This document shows, piece by piece, positions 9,094 through 16,371 of a DNA stretch of 32,453 nucleotides. Where the stretch lies: positions 1 through 32,453 of the forward strand of contig DASTOO010000146.1 of NCBI GenBank assembly GCA_035762505.1, in the 5' to 3' direction. A program made the position numbers and the translations under genes. This DNA is from Candidatus Krumholzibacteriia bacterium. GTDB lineage: Bacteria > Krumholzibacteriota > Krumholzibacteriia > WVZY01 > JAKEHA01. Position 1 is the first letter of the stretch; each line of letters opens with the position of its first letter. The notes beneath the pieces were generated by a model. The model saw only the letters and a list, made by a program, of their open reading frames with translations, was not told the DNA's origin and made no database searches.

Positions 9094-9735
9094 TCAGCGC
9101 GGCGCGCGTGGCGCCGACGCGCGGTGGACGTGGCGCACGCGCTGCACGACGGTGAAGAGCGACGTCGCCGCGAGCAGGATCATGACGGCCATGAGGAAAC
9201 GGTACCCCGCGATCAGGCCCAGCGCCAGGAGCGCGATCCGTTCGGGCCGCTCCATCACCCCCACCTTGCACTCGACCCCGATCCCCTCGGCGCGCGCGCG
9301 CGCATAACTCGTCAGCACGGAACCCATCAGCGCGAGCAGGATGACGATCGGCTCCCAGTTGGCGTATCCGTTGGCGCGCCCCACCACGTAGAGCAGAATC
9401 CCGCCGAAGTAGACGAACTCGCCCACGCGATCGAGGGTGGAATCGATGAAAGCGCCGAAGGGCGACGCCTTGCCCGTGCGGCGCGCGAGGTCACCGTCCA
9501 GAACGTCGCACAGACCCGCGATCAGCAGGAACACCCCGCCGCCCAGCAGCGAGCCGCGCGCCACCACCACCGCACCCCAGACGCTGAACGCCACGCCGAA
9601 CAGGCTCACCAGGAGGGGTGCGACGCCGAACGCCGCGAGCAACGCGACGATCGGATCGAGGGCTTTGCGCGCGCTCGCCTGCAGGGCGCGCTTGTCCATT
9701 CGGGGGGGAGCGGTGTTCATCCGTGTTTCCTGCAT
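9094..9735 (-). CDS. CDP-alcohol phosphatidyltransferase family protein (PgsA / PIP-synthase-like)
   Basis: Signature DVLDGDLARRTGKASPFGAFIDSTLDRVGE (D-G-x2-A-R-x8-G-x3-D-x3-D) and multiple TM helices. Later ATG starts at 9720 or 9699 are possible. Confidence 0.85.
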   Translation of the reverse strand: MQETRMNTAPPRMDKRALQASARKALDPIVALLAAFGVAPLLVSLFGVAFSVWGAVVVARGSLLGGGVFLLIAGLCDVLDGDLARRTGKASPFGAFIDSTLDRVGEFVYFGGILLYVVGRANGYANWEPIVILLALMGSVLTSYARARAEGIGVECKVGVMERPERIALLALGLIAGYRFLMAVMILLAATSLFTVVQRVRHVHRASAPRAPR

Positions 9736-9786
9736 GTCGCGCCCGTCCGCGTCGCGCGGGACGCTATCACCGGGCGTTCGCCACCG

Positions 9787-10539
9787 TCAAGCGCCGGGGA
9801 CTTCCCCGTCGCCCGGCGCCGCGCGCTCGCGGCCGCGCTTGCGCCAGCCGAGTCCCTTCACCACCAGGACGAACTCGCCGCGCTCCTGGCGCGGGCCGAG
9901 TCGGTCGCGCACCTCGGCGGCGGTGCCGCGCACGACCTCCTCGTGCAGTTTGGTGAGCTCGCGCGCCACCGCGATCTCGCGCTCCGGAAAGCGCGCCGCG
10001 ATCCTCTCGAGCACCTTGCGGAACTGGTGCGGGGAGACGTAGAACACCGTGGCGCGCGGTTCTTCCGCGAGCGCCTCGATGACCGCGGCCAGCTCGCCCG
10101 GCTTGCGCGGCGTGAAGCCGACGAACACGAACGACTCGCACGGAAACCCCGAGAGCACGAGCGCGGGCAGGACGGCGTTGGCGCCGGGCGCCATCGTCAC
10201 GTTGACGCCGGCCGCGAGCGCGGCGCGCACCAGGTAGAAGCCCGGATCGGAGATGCCGGGCGTGCCCGCGTCGGTGATGAGCGCCATGTTGGCGCCGCCC
10301 TTCAGGCGTTCGACCAGGTCGGGTGTCACGCGGGCCTCGTTGTGGTCGTGGTAGGACTGGAGCGGCGTCGCGATGCCGAGGTGAACGAGGAGCCGGCGCG
10401 AGTGGCGCGTGTCCTCGGCCAGGATCAAGTCCACGCTCTTGAGGATCTCGATCGCGCGCAGCGTGATGTCGCCCAGGTTGCCGATGGGCGTTGCCACGAG
10501 GGTGAGGGTTCCGGGGTTCGACATGGGATCAGCCATCAC
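9787..10539 (-). CDS. rsmI: 16S rRNA (cytidine1402-2'-O)-methyltransferase
   Basis: LTLVATPIGNLGDITLRAIEILKSVDLILAEDTRHSRRLL and DAGTPGISDPG, typical of RsmI tetrapyrrole-methylase-fold proteins. Confidence 0.9.
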   Translation of the reverse strand: MMADPMSNPGTLTLVATPIGNLGDITLRAIEILKSVDLILAEDTRHSRRLLVHLGIATPLQSYHDHNEARVTPDLVERLKGGANMALITDAGTPGISDPGFYLVRAALAAGVNVTMAPGANAVLPALVLSGFPCESFVFVGFTPRKPGELAAVIEALAEEPRATVFYVSPHQFRKVLERIAARFPEREIAVARELTKLHEEVVRGTAAEVRDRLGPRQERGEFVLVVKGLGWRKRGRERAAPGDGEVPGA

Positions 10540-10581
10540 GGTTGGGTGCGACCGCCTCGCGGGCGGCGATCCGCCGCCGTC

Positions 10582-11607
10582 TCAGCGGCGCGCGACGGCG
10601 AGGAGCGCCTCGCCCGCGCGCTCCACGTCGGCCGCCGACACGTCGAGGTGCGTCACCATACGCACCCGGCCGGCGCCGAACGGCACCGCGAGCACGTCCT
10701 TCTCGCGGAGCTTCGCGAGGAGCGCCTCCACCGTCCAGGCCTTCGGGTCGACGCGGAACACGACGATGTTGGTCTCCACCGGGAAGTCGAGCGACAGGCC
10801 CGGCACCCGCACGATGAAGGACTCCAGCCGTTTCGCGTTCGCGTGGTCGTCGCAGAGACGCGCGACGTGGTGGTCGAGCGCATGCAGCGCCGCGGCCGCC
10901 AGGATCCCCGCCTGGCGCATGCCGCCGCCCAGGCGTTTGCGCAGCCGGCGCGCGCGCCCGACGACGTCGCGGCGCGAGACCAGAATCGAGCCCACCGGCG
11001 CGCCGAGGCCCTTCGAAAAGCACATGCTCAGCGTGTCGGCGCAGGCAGCGTAGTCGGCGATCGACACGCCGGTCGCGACGTGCGCGTTCCACAGCCTCGC
11101 GCCGTCCAGGTGCACGCCGATCCCATGCCCTTCGGCGAGCGCCTTCACGCGTTTCATCTCCGCGAAGGGGTAGATGCGCCCGCCCACGCGGTTGTGGGTG
11201 TTTTCCATCGCGATGACGCGCGTGCCGGGCGTGTGGAGCGATTCCACCTTTATATGAGGTTCGATCGTCTCCGCGGTCAGGACACCGCGCTCCCCGTCCA
11301 GCGCGTTGAGCTGGAGCCCATGCAGCGCCGCGGCCGACGACACCTCGTAGTTCATGATGTGGCACTGGCGGTCGAGGATCACCTCGTCGCCGGGGCCGGT
11401 GGTGGAGGCGAGACCGAGGAAGTTCCCCATCGTGCCCGACGGGACGAAGAGCGCCGCCTCCTTCCCGCACAGCTTCGCCACGCGCTCCTCGAGCGCGATG
11501 ACAGTGGGGTCGTCGCCGAACACGTCGTCGCCCACCGGCGCGTCGGCGATGGCGCGGCGCATGGCCGCGGTCGGGCGGGTGACGGTGTCGCTGCGCAGGT
11601 CTATCAT
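10582..11607 (-). CDS. ltaE: Low-specificity L-threonine aldolase (PLP-dependent)
   Basis: MIDLRSDTVTRPT..MRRAIADAPVGDDVFGDDPT..FVPSGTMGN..HLDGARLWNA..FSKGLGAPVGS (PLP lysine context). Confidence 0.85.
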   Translation of the reverse strand: MIDLRSDTVTRPTAAMRRAIADAPVGDDVFGDDPTVIALEERVAKLCGKEAALFVPSGTMGNFLGLASTTGPGDEVILDRQCHIMNYEVSSAAALHGLQLNALDGERGVLTAETIEPHIKVESLHTPGTRVIAMENTHNRVGGRIYPFAEMKRVKALAEGHGIGVHLDGARLWNAHVATGVSIADYAACADTLSMCFSKGLGAPVGSILVSRRDVVGRARRLRKRLGGGMRQAGILAAAALHALDHHVARLCDDHANAKRLESFIVRVPGLSLDFPVETNIVVFRVDPKAWTVEALLAKLREKDVLAVPFGAGRVRMVTHLDVSAADVERAGEALLAVARR

Positions 11608-11651
11608 TTTGAGTGTGCTTTCCGCCGTCGCGGGAGAAGCATGAAGCCCGA

Positions 11652-11670
11652 CACCGCCCGGCGGGCGGTG
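11652..11670 (-). terminator. Short GC hairpin downstream of the HU/IHF gene (weak terminator candidate)
   Basis: CACCGCCC / GGGCGGTG 8-bp stem with a 3-nt loop, 32 nt after the hup-like stop. The downstream U-tract is poor. Confidence 0.3.
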
Positions 11671-11701
11671 CCGTTCTCATTCATGCGGAGGGATTGAAAC
11701 G

Positions 11702-11980
11702 CTACGCGTTGGCGACGAGATCCTTGAGTTCCTTCGACACCTTGAACACGGGCACCTTGCGGTCCGGAACCGGCACGGCGTCGCCGGTGCGCGGATTACG
11801 CGCCATGCGCGACTTGCGCTGCTTGACCTTGAACGTCCCGAAGCCACGGATCTCGTAATGCTTGCCCTCGGCGAGGGCCTTCGAGATGGACTCGAGGAAC
11901 ATGTCCATCGCCGTCGCGACGTCCTTCTTGGTGAGACCCGTCTTGCTGGCGATGTCTTCTACGATTTCGGCTTTGGTCAT
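11702..11980 (-). CDS. HU/IHF family nucleoid-associated DNA-binding protein
   Basis: MTKAEIVEDIASKTGLTKKDV...EIRGFGTFKVKQRKSRMARNPRTGDAVPVPDRKVPVFK. AGGAGG lies 8 nt upstream of the ATG. Confidence 0.9.
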   Translation of the reverse strand: MTKAEIVEDIASKTGLTKKDVATAMDMFLESISKALAEGKHYEIRGFGTFKVKQRKSRMARNPRTGDAVPVPDRKVPVFKVSKELKDLVANA

Positions 11981-12415
11981 CGGGCGAGCCTCCTAGTCTT
12001 GAATTTGCCCGCGGGGGGCGAAACCGTTGCCGGCCATATTGCCCCATAACTCGTGACAGGTCAAGGGGTTTTTGGCGGCGTCTCCGAAACGCAACGCCCC
12101 GCCTCATTGTGAGAGGCGGCGCACGGTGCGACGCGCCACCATGGGGATGATCCGGGACGTTCGCGCGCCGGGCAGCCCTCCTGCGTTTCCGCGGAAGACG
12201 AGGCACGGGAGAGAAAGCGGCGTCCTCATGCGGCCGTACGCGCATTGGTACGTCAGTTGCTGAACGAAGCAACCGTGCTGCGGGGTAGTCGCCGCACAAG
12301 CATCTGTTGTACGTAGTTCACCGCACTGCCCCGCAGCCATGAGCAATCGCAAGCAAGCAGGAGACGCGATCGGATGACCGCACCGTGTCGCGCCCAGATT
12401 GAGGAGGCACTCATC

Positions 12416-12850
12416 ATGGCGTTTCGCAAGCACATTACGCTCGCGTTCGCGCTGCTCGCCCTGACCGCGATGCTCGCCGGCTGCGCCGATGAAACCGTCG
12501 CACCGGTCGAGCAGAACGAAGCGCCGGTGCTGGCGCCGACGAACGTGCAGGCCGAGATCGTGAACGGCGGCGACATCCGCGTCAGTTGGACTCCAAGCTC
12601 CCAGGCGAACGTGCGTGGTTACAACGTGTATCGTTTCGATCGCGAGAACAGCGCGATCGCGCGTCTCAATCCCGACGTGATCGGGGAAGCGTCCTACACG
12701 GACGGCGGGGCGGCATTCGCCCGCGAGTACGAGTACCGCGTGACCTCGGTCAGCACCAAGAACGCGGAGAGCAACTACGCGGCGGTCGTGATCACGAACC
12801 GCACGCCCGTCCCCAATCGCAGGGGACAGGATCCCGACGAGCAGAACTAG
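12416..12850 (+). CDS. Lipoprotein with a fibronectin type III-like domain
   Basis: Start moved to ATG 12416 (GGAGG about 9 nt upstream): MAFRKHITLAFALLALTAMLAGC (lipobox LAGC). FN3-like segment: PTNVQAEIV..IRVSWTPS..VRGYNVYR..EYEYRVTSV. Confidence 0.75.
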   Translation: MAFRKHITLAFALLALTAMLAGCADETVAPVEQNEAPVLAPTNVQAEIVNGGDIRVSWTPSSQANVRGYNVYRFDRENSAIARLNPDVIGEASYTDGGAAFAREYEYRVTSVSTKNAESNYAAVVITNRTPVPNRRGQDPDEQN

Positions 12851-12880
12851 TCGCTCCCTCGGGTGTACGCAGCAGGGAAC

Positions 12881-12909
12881 CCTCCCGGTGATCCGGGGGG
12901 TTTTCTCTT
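12881..12909 (+). terminator. Rho-independent terminator after the lipoprotein gene
   Basis: 8-bp stem (12881-12888 pairs with 12893-12900, one G-U), loop TGAT, followed by TTTTCTCTT (12901-12909). It sits between convergent genes. Confidence 0.55.
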
Positions 12910-12917
12910 CCCGGCCC

Positions 12918-13601
12918 TCAGATCGCGCGCAGCACGACCATCACCAGCGCATGGTACCCCGCGACCGCAAGCGAGAGCGGCGGCCCGATGATGCGCCAGA
13001 GAATCCCGCTCCACAGGAGCGCGATCAGAACCAGGAACCCCCAGCGCCCCACCGAGGCCAGTGCCTCGCGCGGACCGGGAGGAAGGTAGCGCATCAGGAT
13101 CCAGTGGCCGTCGAGCGGCGGAATCGGAAGCAGGTTGAAGATGGCCAGCACGCAGTTGACCGTGATCAGGCTGTAGCAGAGCGTGTTGAAGAAGAGGAAC
13201 GAGCGCTCGCCGTTCTCGGCGAGGCCCGGCACGTACTTGAACGCGACCCCCACGACGATCCACAGGAGTGCCGCCGCCAGGGCGAGCAGGAAGTTGCTCG
13301 CCGGTCCGGCCGCGGCGACGTAGGCGTTGTGCACCACGGGATTGCGGAGGTTGGCGGGGTTGACCGGAACCGGCTTCGCCCAGCCGAGAAACGGAACGCC
13401 GGAGACGAACGCCGCGATCGGCAGCAAGAGGCTCCCGATGGGGTCGATGTGCGGAATCGGATTCATGGTGATGCGCCCGAGGTCGCGCGCAGTGGAGTCA
13501 CCGAAACGCTCCGCCGCCAGCCCGTGCGCATTCTCGTGCACGACCACCGAGAAGATGAAGGCCACCAGGCTCACCGCCGCGGTCAGGATATCAGGTGTCA
13601 T
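12918..13601 (-). CDS. Site-2 protease family (peptidase M50) membrane metalloprotease
   Basis: MTPDILTAAV..VVVHENAHGL (HExxH) and NLLPIPPLDG. The ATG (13601-13599) overlaps the queE TGA (ATGA). The upstream part of track ORF 12918..14285 is off-frame overlap with queE. Confidence 0.85.
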   Translation of the reverse strand: MTPDILTAAVSLVAFIFSVVVHENAHGLAAERFGDSTARDLGRITMNPIPHIDPIGSLLLPIAAFVSGVPFLGWAKPVPVNPANLRNPVVHNAYVAAAGPASNFLLALAAALLWIVVGVAFKYVPGLAENGERSFLFFNTLCYSLITVNCVLAIFNLLPIPPLDGHWILMRYLPPGPREALASVGRWGFLVLIALLWSGILWRIIGPPLSLAVAGYHALVMVVLRAI

Positions 13602-14428
13602 CGGATGTGCAGCACCTTGTGGGTTTGGGGAATGATGCGGACCGTGTTCAGCCTCCGCGCGGCCGATCGCGCGCCGGCGTCGACGAGGTCGAGCAGCGTC
13701 CGCGCCGTCTCGGCCGTGGCGCCGCGGCCGAAGAGCGTGCCGCTCTCGGGCTGGAGGATCAGCGGAATGCCGCGGTCGAACTCCGCAACCAGTTCCGCCG
13801 CGCGCTCGATCTCCGCCACCGTCCCCTTCAGGTCCACCACCACCTTGACGAACACGACCCGCGCCGGGTCGCGGTGGTCGCGGATCGTCTCCAGAAAGCC
13901 GCGGTGGTCGTCCCAGTGCTCTACGCCGGTGGCGGACGGGAGTTTCACGTCCATCGCGATGACGTCGACGTGATCGATCACGGACCGCAGCGCCTCGCCG
14001 TGCAGACCCGCGGTCTCCAGGTGGATGCGCAGCCCGCGCGCGCGCAGCTCGCGCGCCAACGCGGCGACGAACTCGGGCTGCTCGAGCGGCTCGCCGCCGG
14101 TGATGCTCACGTTCGTCACGGCTTGTGCGCCCGCAAAGGCGGTTACGTCCGCGACTACGTCGTCCAGGTTCACGGGATTCGGCCGCCACGACTTCTTCCC
14201 GTTCCCGTCGTCGGTGTGGGTCACGAAGCGCGGCGTTTGCACCTTGCTGTACACGGTGTCGCACCAGGAGCACGTGGCGACGCACCCCGCGGTGCGCACG
14301 AACACCTGGCGCTCGCCCACGAAGAGTCCTTCGCCCTGGAGTGAGCAGAACATCTCCGAGAGGTACCCGGTGAGTCGGGTTCGGGCGGTGCGCGCGTGGT
14401 TCGTCACGTCTTCCTTCGTTTCTGCCAT
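13598..14428 (-). CDS. queE: 7-carboxy-7-deazaguanine synthase (radical SAM)
   Basis: EMFCSLQGEGLFVGERQVFVRTAGCVATCSWCDT (QueE-type radical-SAM cluster motif) and ITGGEPL. Start MAETKED at ATG 14428-14426, which shares one base with the upstream TAA (TAATG). Confidence 0.9.
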   Translation of the reverse strand: MAETKEDVTNHARTARTRLTGYLSEMFCSLQGEGLFVGERQVFVRTAGCVATCSWCDTVYSKVQTPRFVTHTDDGNGKKSWRPNPVNLDDVVADVTAFAGAQAVTNVSITGGEPLEQPEFVAALARELRARGLRIHLETAGLHGEALRSVIDHVDVIAMDVKLPSATGVEHWDDHRGFLETIRDHRDPARVVFVKVVVDLKGTVAEIERAAELVAEFDRGIPLILQPESGTLFGRGATAETARTLLDLVDAGARSAARRLNTVRIIPQTHKVLHIR

Positions 14429-14979
14429 TAGAGGACCGTCCGCACCTTTGTCTCCGCGTGCGCGATGGAGGCGAGCTCGCGCGCGTAACGCGCCAGCAAC
14501 TCCGTCTGCACGCTTACTGCGTCGAGCTTCAGCTCGTCCAGGCCCACCGCCGGGACGGGGGCGCCGGTGGGGTCGACGTTGATGCCCAGGTGGATGAGGC
14601 TGCCGCGCGGACAGGGCGCCGCAATGGACACCGTGAGCTTGCGGCCCTCGCAGTACAGGTCGTCGCCGTCGCGCCGCACGCGAGGCGTTCCGAGCACCTC
14701 CGCGAGGATGCAGACCAGGAGGCGCTGGCGCAGCACCGCCTGCGCGAGCCGGCAGCCGCGGTGCTCGGCGATCACGTGCGCCATCGAGGCCGCCCGGATA
14801 AAGGCGCCGGCGCGCGCGTCGTCGAGGTCGACCAGGTGCTCGTTGGGCACCTCGCACGGCCCGACGAAAGCCGCCGCCGCGTCGCCCGCGAGGCCGGTCC
14901 GGGCCGCGACCCAGCCGCTGCGGAGCTCGAGGCCGGTGTACGGCACGACGCCGTCGAGAATGCGAAAAGCGAAGTTCAC
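14428..14979 (-). CDS. Conserved hypothetical protein (183 aa) embedded in the preQ0 operon; possibly DUF366/COG2029-like (unverified recollection)
   Basis: The in-frame C-terminal part of track ORF 14428..15912 has real-protein composition (VNFAFRILDGVVPYTGLELRSG...SLIHLGINVD...ELLARYARELASIAHAE). The GTG start (14979-14977) overlaps the queC TGA (GTGA). Confidence 0.7.
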   Translation of the reverse strand: MNFAFRILDGVVPYTGLELRSGWVAARTGLAGDAAAAFVGPCEVPNEHLVDLDDARAGAFIRAASMAHVIAEHRGCRLAQAVLRQRLLVCILAEVLGTPRVRRDGDDLYCEGRKLTVSIAAPCPRGSLIHLGINVDPTGAPVPAVGLDELKLDAVSVQTELLARYARELASIAHAETKVRTVL

Positions 14980-15638
14980 GCGGAGAACTCGATGACGGGG
15001 CGTTCTTCGGCCGGCAGCGACTCCAGCGCCGCGCGCAGGCGCGCGCACGACGCGCACTCGCCGCACATGCGCTCGCCGCCGCGGTAGCAGCTCCACACGA
15101 TCGACAGCGGCGCCTTCAACTGCAGCCCGAGGCGGATGATCTCGCGCTTCGCGAGGTCGATGGTGAAGCTCTCCACCCGCACCGCGTTGCGCGTGGACAA
15201 CTCCAGCGCCGCATTGACGCGCGACACGTACTCGCCGCTGTTGTCGGGAAACTCCTCCGCCTCTTCCCGGTTGAATCCCGTCACGACCGTGTCGCAGCCG
15301 CGGCCCTCGGCGTACGCGGCGGCGATATTCACGAACACGCCGTTGCGGTTCGGGATCCACACGTCGTCCAGGGTGCGCAGCGGTGCCCCGTCGTCGCCGG
15401 TGCTCTGCATGCCCGCGGGCGAGAGCGCCTCCAGCCAGCGGATGTCGACGTCGGCGAACGGGATTCCATAGTAGTTCGCGGCACTCATCGCGGACACGCG
15501 CTCGCTCACGCGCGCGCGCTGTCCATAGTCGAAGAAGAGCACGAGCCGCACGTCGCGTTCGCGCGCGGCGCGGGCGAGCGAGACGAGCGAGTCGAGCCCG
15601 CCGCTCACGAGCGCGATGCTCTGCAGGCGCCGCGTCAT
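14976..15638 (-). CDS. queC: 7-cyano-7-deazaguanine (preQ0) synthase
   Basis: SIALVSGGLDS (PP-loop SGGxDS), IPNRNG, and the C-terminal zinc-binding CYRGGERMCGECASCARL. The ATG (15638-15636) overlaps the queD TGA (ATGA). Confidence 0.9.
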   Translation of the reverse strand: MTRRLQSIALVSGGLDSLVSLARAARERDVRLVLFFDYGQRARVSERVSAMSAANYYGIPFADVDIRWLEALSPAGMQSTGDDGAPLRTLDDVWIPNRNGVFVNIAAAYAEGRGCDTVVTGFNREEAEEFPDNSGEYVSRVNAALELSTRNAVRVESFTIDLAKREIIRLGLQLKAPLSIVWSCYRGGERMCGECASCARLRAALESLPAEERPVIEFSA

Positions 15639-16018
15639 CGCTCGGCGTAGGCCGCGCAGGCTTCGGGGCCTTCCCAGACCTCGACGCGGGCAAGCCGTCC
15701 GTTCGGGCCGGGCTGGTGGCGCTCGCGGAGAATCGTGAACACCTCGCGCGCCAGGTTCTCCGCGGTGGGAGGCAGGCGATCGAAGGGGGCGATGTCGTTG
15801 AGGTGCCGGTGGTCGAACCGGTCGTGCACCTCGCGCCCCAGAAGCGCCTTGAGGTCGCGGAAGTTGGCGCCCATCCCGTGCTGGTCGAGACCGTGGAACT
15901 CCCAGAACGCACGCACGGTCCAGGTGTGGCCGTGCAGCCGGTCGCACGGCGGGCAACCGGGCAGGACGTGCGACGACGCCAGCCGGCACTGGACGGACAG
16001 GGTAAAGATTCCAGTCAC
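15635..16018 (-). CDS. queD: 6-carboxy-5,6,7,8-tetrahydropterin synthase (PTPS family)
   Basis: 127 aa with SSHVLPG...CDRLHGHTW (Cys/His zinc-catalytic motif) and DHRHLND. GTG start. Confidence 0.9.
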   Translation of the reverse strand: MTGIFTLSVQCRLASSHVLPGCPPCDRLHGHTWTVRAFWEFHGLDQHGMGANFRDLKALLGREVHDRFDHRHLNDIAPFDRLPPTAENLAREVFTILRERHQPGPNGRLARVEVWEGPEACAAYAER

Positions 16019-16315
16019 GATGAACGCTGTCGAGGTGGTGTGCGGGGTCGACCGACGGCGGTTCGCCGACGCACTATAGATGATGGCCGAGCGTCACCCC
16101 GTCCCGCGACGGGATCCGCCCCACATTCGCAACTATTTGAAAGGAATGATACTTGAGCCCCGGCGCGCGCGCAACGGCTCCCGCGCCGGCGCGTGCAAAT
16201 TGCAGCCGGCCCCGCAGGCGCGGGGCCCCGCGGCGCCGGAGGAACCGCGTATCTATCCTGCTTCACCGCAAGTGGTTATGCCGCACGACCCCGATCCCTC
16301 CCCGATCGGCCGCTC

Positions 16316-16330
16316 TGGTATGCGATTCGC
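16316..16330 (+). promoter_or_regulatory. Weak sigma-54-like -24/-12 element upstream of the 751-aa gene
   Basis: TGGTATGCGATTCGC has GG (16317-18) and GC (16329-30) at the canonical GG-N10-GC spacing. It matches TGGCAC-N5-TTGC at 7 of 10 specified bases and ends 42 nt before ATG 16372. Confidence 0.3.
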
Positions 16331-16371
16331 TTAAGCCACTCTGCGCCGTGTGCGCGACCGGTCGACGACAC

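Noticed and set aside
9124-11697. 857-aa plus-strand ORF spanning the CDP-alcohol transferase, rsmI and ltaE loci
   Set aside because: Antisense to three genes with unambiguous family signatures. The translation is Arg/Ala/His-rich with no motifs.
13602-14285. Upstream 228 codons of track ORF 12918..14285 (M50 frame)
   Set aside because: This stretch overlaps queE in another frame and is Arg-rich. The M50 protein starts sensibly at ATG 13601, which overlaps the queE stop.
16019-16130. preQ1 riboswitch upstream of queD
   Set aside because: The leader is GC-rich and lacks the short hairpin plus A-rich tail of preQ1-I or any motif I recognise. Only a possible TATAGT -10 (minus strand, 16078-16073) without a good -35 was seen.
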